DNA from: Felis catus
Taxonomy: Eukaryota
NCBI RefSeq assembly: GCF_018350175.1
Contig: NC_058383.1
Coordinates: forward strand, 1,488,001-1,552,000
Reading direction: 5' to 3'
Length of the DNA: 64,000 nucleotides
In this document: piece after piece, positions 36,500 to 45,735 of the stretch
How the letters are laid out: every line of letters begins with the position of its first letter
How positions within the stretch are numbered: position 1 is the stretch's first letter
Translations under genes and position numbers: made by a program
Notes under the pieces: generated by a model
Database searches by the model: none
Seen by the model: the letters and a program-made list of their open reading frames with translations, nothing else
What the model was told of the DNA's origin: nothing

Positions 36500-37590
36500 G
36501 GAGGCAGAGGCGGTATGGAAAATGAGACCCCACGCGGATCTTGCCCGTAAAGACTGGATCAAAAATCCTCAATAAGACACAAGCAGACCCAATTCCCCAG
36601 AACATCAGAAAGATAATCTGCCATGATTATGTCGGATTTGTCAAAAGAACTCAAAATGGCTTAATATTAAAGAAATCTATTAATATCATACAGAGCATCA
36701 ACAGGTTGGCCAGGATGCCATCTTCATAAACGATGGGAGGGAGGTATCTGATAAAACGTAGTGCTAGTTTCTGGTTTTAAGTTAACTGCTAAAACCAGAA
36801 CGGAAAGGGTACTTTTTCATCACAGTAAAGAGTAGATGTCGCTCCCTGGCCACCCTCGTTCTAAGAGATGAGATTTTTTCATGATTCCTGTTCAGAAACT
36901 TTTATTAAAAAAACCCAACAGGGCCCTTTATCACTGTCCAGAAACGCTAGACATAGCAATAAGACACGAAACCGAATTAAACGGGATGTCTGTGGGAAAG
37001 GATTGCAGTTATTTGCAGACGGTCAGATTTGAGACCCAAGGAAGCCACGAGAACCAACTGAAGCAATAATTTGAGAACTCGGCAGAGGTACGGGGCTGGG
37101 TATAAGGCAAACATACACAAATCAATGATTCTCGTCTGCACCAGCAGCCGCTAGTCAGAAAACATAATGAAATAAATGGTCCCCACTCACAACGGAACAA
37201 CAGAAAACCCCACGGGATTCCCAGGAATAAATTTACAAGAAAAATTTGAGATCATTATGAAGGAGGCTGTAAAGTTTTCCCGAGAGACCAAAGAGAAAGC
37301 AGGCGTAGTGGGGTAGGCTGAGCTGGAATGTTACGATCCCTAAGGCTCTTCCGAAATTAATTTGTAGGCTCAGTGCACTGCCGTCCGCGCCTTGGCAACG
37401 TGGTTTGAAGTCATTCTGAAAGTTCACCCGGAAGGATACCCACCCAGAGCAAGGTATCTGGAACGCGGGGAGCGAGAACGGATGGGTTTCGTCCTAGATA
37501 CGGAAGCCTGTTACAGAGTTGCAAGGATTTAATGGGGCTGCTAAGGTGTCACGAGAGGGGCCGGGGGCCACCGATGGGACAGAATAGTCT
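36500..37590 (+). mobile_element. Degenerate L1 ORF2 (reverse transcriptase region) fragment
   Basis: ORF 36541-36729 KILNKTQADPIPQNIRKIICHDYVGFV resembles L1 ORF2 [27 protein letters not shown]; downstream ATTTGCAGA and CAGGAATAAATTTA are L1 strings. Confidence 0.75.
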
Positions 37591-40500
37591 CCAGACAGAG
37601 GCCTCCTTGGTGGCCTTACAACCTAGCAGGAATGCTTGGCGAGTGAAAGAGCGTCCGTTAATAACTGCACCAGAGCAACAGGCATAAATGGGAGACCATC
37701 CCTGGAAAGCCACACGCGTGGCTGGGCCCCTTCACAGGTGACATTCACAGGCCCCCTACTCCACGCCTGGAAAGGACATCCCAGAGCCTTCGGCCCACGG
37801 TCTGACTGATGGGGAGGGACAGACGGGAAGTCAGAGCTTTGCAGCACAGGGGCATAGTAGGGCAGGTTTGGGATTACAAGGGGGGACCGCAGCCCCAGTC
37901 GGGTCTGAACACAGAGCACGTGGGGGTGGACCGGTGATGTGCAGGGAGGGGTTACGTCCCAGGCGGGGAAACAGCGCCTTAGAGAAAATGTGAGAGAGGC
38001 AGGCCGACCGTTGCCTTCTAGGGCAAGGTGGGGGCGGTGAGAGGCAGGCCAGGCGGGGACCGTCCCCTCAACGTGGACTCTCTTGAGGGAGCTGGGGAGC
38101 CATGCGGGGTGGAAGAGGGAGGACAGGCTTGACCAGACTTGCCCTGTGGGAAGCATGCTGCCGTTGGGCTGGGGGCTGGGGCCTCACGCGTCAGCTGAGG
38201 GGACAGATTATTCAATTCGTGCTGGCAGGACAAATTTGTTGCCTATTGGTGGGGGCGAGGGATTGATTTTACGTCTTCTTCACCCCAGCCAAATACCTTC
38301 CAGGTGGATTGAAAGTGAAACGGTAAGAATCCAGACCGTAAGGACGTTAGCAGATAGAGGTGACGTCTGCTCCTAGGGTGGCTCAGAGTTCCCTCAGCTG
38401 CAGAGCAGAGGAAGCCGTGCGTGTGCGCGTGTGCAGGTTTGATGACGCACAAAGGAAAGACAAGAGTCTGGGGGCCCAGGCCTGCCCGTGCTGCCGGCTT
38501 CCCTTCCAGAAGCCTCTTTCCTGGGACGCGAGCTTGAGGGTGATCACCTGGAAGTCTTTTGTCGGGATCCCAGGTGTTGTGATGGAACTCTCCAGAAACG
38601 TAGGGGAGAGAGCCCCATTTCTGGTGTGGGAACACCTCGGCCGCCGAGGGGGCCATGCTGGCTGTTCTGCACCTTGCCTGGGAGTCTCCCCGAGGGCCCC
38701 TCGCCAGAGCGGCCGTTTCCCCCCAGCGTGGCGCCCACCGGGGCTCAGCCGGCATCGTGGTCGGCCCTGGTGCCGCGGACGTGTCCTGTCCGCCGCAGCC
38801 CGTGTCGCGTCACTGATACTTCTGACGCCGGTCTTTGCTTGGTATCCGATTACCCTCATTGTAACATTTGAGGGTTAATTGCTAATTTATAACCTCTGCT
38901 TGGAAACCATGCCCCAAATCTTTAGTACAATTAATAGCGGCCAGGAAATGTGCTCTGATGAAAGAATCATAGCAACGGAGACTCGGGCAGGACCTGTCCG
39001 TGCAGAGGCCAGGCGGGTGAGCGGGCTTGGCCGTGGTCATCGGGTCTGCGGGCGTGGCCCGGCCGGTGGCTCGTGGGGAGAGGGAGCCGGCGTTCTGTGT
39101 GGACGTCCCGCCTTCCGCCGGAGCTCGGAACAGGGACAGAACTCCCCGGCTCTGAGAGGGCTCCCAGAGTTCAGGGCCTTTGGAGGTCTCGGTTGCACTG
39201 GGAAAAGCAAGCGGCAAGTCTCCGAGGTCCGTCTCAAACCAGCCATCCCTCAAAACAACTGGAGAGATTCAGGTCAGACTAAAGATAGAACTTCCTGGCT
39301 GCCAGGGTTAGGAGGGTGCGATGGGGAACAGTGCCAGTGTCCTTTGGACACCCAGACCCTTGCCTGGAGTCGGTGACATGCTTCCTGACGGCCGGGGGTG
39401 GACCGGTGTTCCTGGAGAGGGTCATGTGCCCATGGTTCCTGGAGGCCGGCCAGCCACCCTCCTCCCCGATCCCTGCCCGAGCCAGAGCAGGAAACCATCG
39501 CAAAGTGATTTCTCCTTCCAACAGTGCCATACATCATGTTTTTTAATTTAAAAAGATGCCCAGTGGAAGCACAACAGACCATTAAACGTTGGGGTCCCTA
39601 ATTAACTCCAGAGCAGCCTGGAGCTGCGGGGCCTGCTGGAGGGGGGACGGTGCGAGCCCGGCGTCATCCAGCCCCCAGCCCTGCCCGGAGCCCTTCCCGC
39701 CGTGTCTGCTGGACCAGGCACCCGTAGCCGGCCGTCCCGGGCCAGCACCTCGGCGGGAGTTGGGGCCAGAATCTGCATTTTTAGCAAGCGGCGTGATGGG
39801 CGCTGATGGGCGATCCACTGTCCTTCCTCCGGGAAGATCTCGGCTGCTGGCTTTTCCCTTTTGGGGCCTGTTTCCATATCCATCTTACGTCTTATCGGGG
39901 TGACACCGACCCCTGTGTCTCTGGACGTCAGAGAGGTGGCTCCATATACAGGAGGCACTCGCTTCACGCGGGGTCCTGGAGGAAATAAGAGATCGCCTCT
40001 GTTTGCACACTTCCCGCTCGTCCCAGACTCGGGCCAGGCAGGGCGAGGCCCCTGGGCTCAGGGCTCCCGTGGACCGCGCACGTCGGGCGCTCCGCACTCT
40101 TCCCAGGCCCCGTCCCTCGACCTTCGCCAGAGCCCTCCGCCATCTCGCGGGGAGGACGCGTGGCGCAGGCGGCCGTCTCCCGGCCTGCCTCCCGGAGGAC
40201 AAGGCCAGGGCCAGCTGAGGTCGGGGGCTTGCCAGACCGACCCTGTGGCCAAGTCCTGAGGATCCGGCCCTGCTGAGTCAGCACTGCTGGACCGCCCGCC
40301 TCGGGAGCCCGTGCCAGCCTCCTCGGGCAAATGGGAAGCCGGCGTGGGGAGGGCGGGCTTGACGTGGGCGATGAGCCTGGAGACGGCCTTCACGGCACTG
40401 CCGCGGCGTGGGCACCAGGGCGGGGGGCTTGCTGAAGTGAAAGCACCCACGACGCCCGTCTAGCTGGCCCGCTGGGTCCACCCGCGCTGCCCGAAATGTG

Positions 40501-40649
40501 CGTTTCCCCCCACCCCCTTCCCCTGAGGCCAAGGGGCCTCTCCAGCGAAGGGAGTGGGCATTTTAGAGCGTGCCTGTACCAGGGAACATGCTGGAAGGTT
40601 CAGATAATCTGGTCACGTCATCCTTGCTGTAACGCCGCGAGGGGAGCTA

Positions 40650-40770
40650 CCCAGGTGATCTCCGTTTGACGGAGGAGGAAGCGGGACCAGAGACGTCAAG
40701 CGACTTGCCCAAGGTCACACAGCCAAAGCATGGCAGACCCAGCATTCGTGCCCTGGCCTAGGAATCCGAA
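40650..40770 (-). mobile_element. MIR fragment
   Basis: TTTGACGGAGGAGGAAGC...AAGCGACTTGCCCAAGGTCACACAGC. Confidence 0.75.
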
Positions 40771-42454
40771 GCCTGCGGCGGGCAGGCCCCGCCCCGCCCG
40801 GGCTCTGCTGGCTCAGGCCGTGTCGTCGGCCAGTGGCTGCACCGGCCCGATGTGCCTGTCACGGCCCCGGGGGCTCTGCAGCAGGGCCAAGCTGCAGAGG
40901 CAGACAAACATTAGCAGTGAACATGATCTATCGGCCAAACATTGGAGCGGTAAAAACGTATCGATCGATAGCTTTCCCCCCATCTCCCCGCCTCCCTGTG
41001 CGCCTGGCCCTCGGCCCGTTTCCCTCTGGGTGTGGACAGTCCACTGCTTCAGCAGAAGCCCCGGCCCCGTGCTGGCCTCACGTCGGGGCTCCGTGATTGA
41101 GGAGGGCAACGGTATCTTTAGACAGATGTGTTCCCGTCCCAGCGTGGCCGTGGCGATTATGCAAATCCGGTCGTAAGAAGTTTAAAAGCCTGGAACCGCC
41201 GTATTTCTTTAGTTCATTAGTGGCAACGCGGCCGCAGGGCTGATGTGACAGAACAGACGTGGTGCCAGCCTCCCGGGGCCCCGTCTCCGTCGCCCCCTGC
41301 GTGGCAGACACGCTCCCCGCAGAGGGAGCGCGTGTGGGGGTCTCCCACCGCTCGGCCCTTCCACGCCGGTCCCGGGGACCCCTGCCACCCCGTCTCCTGC
41401 CATGGCATCGCCCGCCCGTCACCGCCCACTTCCCCGGAGGGGGGCTGTTCTCTGAGCCTCCACCCTCTCTGCCTCGGACACCCGTTACCGCCCTTCTTTG
41501 CCTAACAAATTCCTACTCACCTGCTAGGACCCGTCAAACAGCCTTGCCCGACTGCCCACAATTTCGCGGCACCTTCCCGGCACCACTCAGGCCTCAGTCT
41601 CGTCTCCTGCTGGTGCCCCAGTGGCTCGTGGATGCCTCGGGGCCCTGACTGTTCCTAAATGCCCCGTGCCCGGCATGTCCACCTGCCGTGGAAGACAGGA
41701 GCGGGCACGTGGACGAGGACGTGGCCACCAGGGCTCTCCTGCCGCCCGGACTCAACCGGCAAGGCAGGGGGTAGACCAGAGGTGTGTGTGTGCACGCCAG
41801 CCCTGTGCTCGTGCCTGAGTATCTTCCGCAGTGTGTGGGGTTTGGGCCCCACTCAGAGCTGTCGAGAGACCGGCCCTCCGCCCGTCTGGGCGGGATGCTT
41901 GGTTTCCTACCCAGGGTTCTTTTCATGCCCCACCAGGTGCCTTCCCCACCCGGGACAGGCCCCCTGCCCTCCGCCCACCGGCTCCCGTGTGAGTGCCCCT
42001 GCCCACCTCTTTGCGGTGTGGGGTCATAGTCATGGGGCCTCCGAGGGGCCGTCCTGAGGAGTCCGGGGTGCCAGCTGGGGTCCAGCAAGCGGCCGGGGCA
42101 GTGTGCTCAGGGCGTCCGTCCGTCTGGGTCAGGTGTGCGTACGGGAAAACCGCTGGGCACTCAGGCTGGAGTTTTGTGAAGTGATGGCATCGAACACGCA
42201 TGGATCCGTGGCCCCGCAGGACGGGTCAGAACGAGCAGCTCTTGGAGGCTCCGGCAGCGTGGCCCCAGTGACGCAGGCCGCGGCACAGGGCGGGGACGGC
42301 TCCCACGCACTAGCCCGAGAAAGCGGGGGAAGGGAACGATCTGGGGGAAGCACACGCGTGGGAGGGGGCTGGAAACCGCTGGTGGCGCCCCGGAGGGGAA
42401 GGAGATGGGGCAGTGGCTAGCGGGTACTCAGGTCGAGTTGTGTCTATGGAAGGT

Positions 42455-42530
42455 TCTAGAACTATGCTGCCCAGTACGACAGCCACTAGTCACATTTCTA
42501 ACACTCAGCAGCCACGTGTGGCCACGGCTG
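42455..42530. mobile_element. Small hAT-Charlie (MER3/MER33-like) relic
   Basis: TGCTGCCCAGTACGACAGCCACTAGTCACAT...AGCCACGTGTGGC resembles the MER3 terminus GCTGTCCAATACGGTAGCCACTAGCCACATGTGGC. Confidence 0.45.
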
Positions 42531-43543
42531 CCCGGCAGGACGCACAGAGGGAGTTCGGAGGCACCGCGAGCTGGCAGGGATGATGTGGAGGGAGGGGGAC
42601 CGGCAGAGGATCCCAGAGCTGCAGGGGGGCGGGCACCTGCATGTCTGGGGCCAGGGGACAGGTGACGGGTGGGGGCTGGTGTGAGAGTTCTGCACACCCC
42701 ACCGGCCGGGCAGGCTCTCGGCAGGTGTCCCGGGTACGTTTATTTAACGAGTCACTTGGCGGGCGAGGAGGACAGGGGTGAATGGGGTGGGGGCGGTGAC
42801 AGAGCCAGCTACAGATGGTTAACGGATGAACCAGTGAGCCCCGGGAGGAAAGGGCAGTCCCGGGGATGGTGCGTGATCCCAGCAGGACCTCTCTAGAAAG
42901 CTGACTCGGGCTACTTCCCATGGGGTGGCATCCTGTCCCCCTTACCCTGGGGTTAACTCCTACTCGGGGCGCTCAGTCCCTGCAGCCGAGGGGCCTCCCG
43001 GGGGACCAGGCACTTGCCGGAGCTGACGCCCAGCCCCCAGCCCCACAGGAGGAGGATGGGGCCACTCACCGTGTGGCCTTGGCCTCAGTTTCCCATCTGT
43101 AGAGTGAGCTGTGCGGCAAGATCCCTGGGTCCTCCGAGGCCAGGTCTTGGGGGCTATAAAAGGGGCAGAAGGGACCAGCCACCAGGGTCACACGCCCACT
43201 CCTATATCCCCGCACCCAAGGCCAGGTGGGGTGAGACAGGACTTCCCATCCCCCACAGCCTCCAGAGGGAGCCCCTGGACTGGGGACGTACCCCATCCTC
43301 AGGGCCCTGCCTCCCTCATCACACGGGCCAGCCCGACGGCGGAGGCTTCAGAGTGTGCGGGTGCACAGGGGAGGCGAGACTGGTCCCCAGAACCACCTGA
43401 CGCTCACAAGGTGGCCAATCTCTAGGCTGTGGCACTGGGGTCGGGGGCTCCCGGGTGGCGGCACACCACGTGCACATCCTACCACGGGGCCGTGTTCACT
43501 CGAGGTGCGCGTGTCCACGTGCACATGCCCGAACGTGGGTCCC

Positions 43544-43546
<3 letters not shown>

Positions 43547-43582
<36 letters not shown>
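43547..43582. repeat. (GT)n microsatellite
   Basis: About 18 GT units. Confidence 0.95.
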
Positions 43583-43585
<3 letters not shown>

Positions 43586-43764
43586 CTGACCCTCGCACGT
43601 GCACACCCGGACACACGACCGAGCCCGGCACAAACGTGTGGGAACCTGCCTTGTGCAAGCCGCTCGAGCACACAGACCCACGCCCCCAGGCGCCCCTGGG
43701 AGGGGGGCGGGGAGAGGCTGGTAGCCTGGGGGCCCCTGTCCCTCCTCCCCGGGCGCCTGCCCGT

Positions 43765-43860
43765 GATAAGGCTTCTTCAGGCCCTGTAATCCTCCTTAAC
43801 TTGACTTTGGGTTATTTTGAGCGAGAGATTAAAGGTGATTACAATCAGCACTGCTGAGGC
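43765..43860. promoter_or_regulatory. Candidate photoreceptor-type enhancer (CRX/OTX, NR2E, MAF/NRL motifs)
   Basis: TAATCC 43787-43792, TTGACTTT 43801-43808, AGATTA 43826-43831, TGATTA 43836-43841, TCAGCA 43845-43850, TGCTGA 43852-43857. Confidence 0.45.
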
Positions 43861-45440
43861 GCCCGGTTTCCTAGACAGGCCTGCTCGAGTACCTGCTTCC
43901 GGGAGGAGGCGGGAGCCAGGCTGACCCACGCGTCCCGCACCTGCCCCCGCCCACTGCCGCGCTGCACCTCAGGGCACTGGGGCGAGGCCCCCTGGGGGAG
44001 GAGCAGCCCGCCCGGGCACAGGCAGGTGGCCACCGAGTGACAGCGACGGGGATGCGCTCCAGGGGCTCCCCAGGGGACGGCACCTTGGAGGTCACGGGCC
44101 AGACCGTGCAGGGACCCCGGCGACCCCTGGCAGTCTCCCTCCTTTGGGGACGGACACCCAAGCGTGCCCCGCCAGGACCCTGAAGCCACTTCCGACTGGG
44201 CCCAGAGAGGGCCCGGTGGTTTGCACCCGGGGCCGGGCCAGGGGTGGGTTCCTCCTCGGGTCCCACCTGTCCGATCTCTCCCCGCTCTGCAAATCAGAAA
44301 GAGACTCTTCCCCAGGAGCCAGATCAAAACTGTTCTTTATGAAGTTTCCAAAGGGAAGGAAAATCCATTTCGCATCATTATATTTTTTTCTCCTAATTTA
44401 AACCGCCTCAGTGCAGACTAGTTGCAGACGTCAATATCCGTGAAATACACTCAGCTGGCCACCCGCCAGGCCACAGAGCGGTTACAGAGGCCGGCTGTAA
44501 ATCCAAGCATTAACAAGGAAACACATCCCCATTCGTCTGTCCTGCGGGAGAAATACGGGGGGCGGAGGGGGCGTCCCGCAGACCGGAGATCCTCCCACGG
44601 GTGGGGGGCCGCGGCAGGCAGGGGGGGACGGCCCCGTCCCGGGGAAGCGCGGGGTCTGGAGGGACAGCGGCCACCGTCACATCGCATCGTGTCTTGGGCG
44701 TCGCTGGTGGAGCTGGGAGGGCTCGGCCCTCGCCTGGGTCTGGGGAGGGGCCGTGGGGGAGTCTTCGCAGAGCCACCCCTGCCTTCCGGGCCTTTCTGCC
44801 GGGAGCTACCCACACAGAGTGGTGACACCCTCCAGGGCCCCGGAGCCAGGTGCAAAGCCTCAGGCAGGGACCATCCAGCTGGCTAACTGGGCGAGACGGA
44901 GGAGCCCGGGCCCAGCCCAGGAGAGCTCCGGCCCAGAACCTAGCCGTGCGCAGTGCCTGGATGGTGCCGGCTGCGGCCTCCCAGCCCCTCCCCGGAGAGG
45001 AGCCGGAGGGGACCTGTGGGCCCTGGAAGGATTTGCGCCCTGCCAGCTGCGGACCCTTGGGCCAGGGCTCAAAGCACCCTCTGCAGGCGGCTGTGAGTGC
45101 TGTGAGTGCCCTCCCCGGAGAGGACGTCCCTGTCTTCCCTCTGTCACGAGGGAGGCACTGAGCCAGGCACACACGGTTCCTGATTCTCCGGGGCGACCCG
45201 AACTCTGAGCCCGACCGAGCAGGTGCAGCGGGGCTGGGGAGGGTGGGAAGCTCCGAACTGGGGCTTCCTTTGGCTTGCTCCCCGCCCTCAAGACAGCGTG
45301 TGTACTGAGCACTTCCTGTCACCCTGCGTCGTCCTCGGGCTCCCCGAATGCGCCTCCTTGTTTTGTCGGGCGGCTCAGCTGAGCCTGGCACGGGGCCACA
45401 CCTGACCCCCGGGCCTCCCGCGGCCGCCGCGTCTCCTGAC

Positions 45441-45468
45441 TGCCCTCTCTTCTCTTGTCTTGCCGCAG
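45441..45468 (+). other. ELFN1: 3' splice site of the ELFN1 coding exon (exon starts about 45469)
   Basis: Branch-like CCTGAC at 45435-45440, polypyrimidine tract CCCTCTCTTCTCTTGTCTT, then GCCGCAG|G. Confidence 0.75.
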
Positions 45469-45517
45469 GACCACGGAGCTGGAGGCGGAGGGTGGAGCCG
45501 TCGGGACGCCCAGGCCG

Positions 45518-45580
45518 ATGGGGGAGGCGGCCACGGCCTCGGCGGGACGCGGGCGGATGACCCAGGGCGTCCGGCAGTGA
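45518..45580 (+). other. 5'UTR uORF1 (20 aa, MGEAATASAGRGRMTQGVRQ)
   Basis: ATG 45518, internal ATG 45557, TGA 45578-45580. Confidence 0.55.
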
Positions 45581-45603
45581 GGGAGCACGCCCGCTGCGCC
45601 ACC

Positions 45604-45630
45604 ATGCCGTCTGGGACAGGACGCCCCTGA
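45604..45630 (+). other. 5'UTR uORF2 (8 aa, MPSGTGRP), in frame with the ELFN1 CDS
   Basis: GCCACCATG context, TGA at 45628-45630; 132 nt upstream of the main ATG. Confidence 0.6.
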
Positions 45631-45735
45631 GAACGCAGGCAGCCTCCCCCCGCCCCCCCCAGGGGCCGGCACCCAGCCTCCCACCCGGACCCCCCCCGGG
45701 CAGGCAGAGCGGGGGCTCCCGCGGCGGCGGTCCCC

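Noticed and set aside
39500..43500. Ortholog of the human lncRNA ELFN1-AS1
   Set aside because: The human gene lies in roughly this intronic position but is described as primate-specific; nothing in the sequence alone supports an antisense transcript here.
7000..45300. Hundreds of 60-413 aa ORFs in the GC-rich region (e.g. 18913-20136, 26533-27774, 30158-31039)
   Set aside because: They overlap on all frames, are P/G/R/A-rich, lack codon bias and domains, and run through MIR, SINE and microsatellite sequence, as expected at this GC content.
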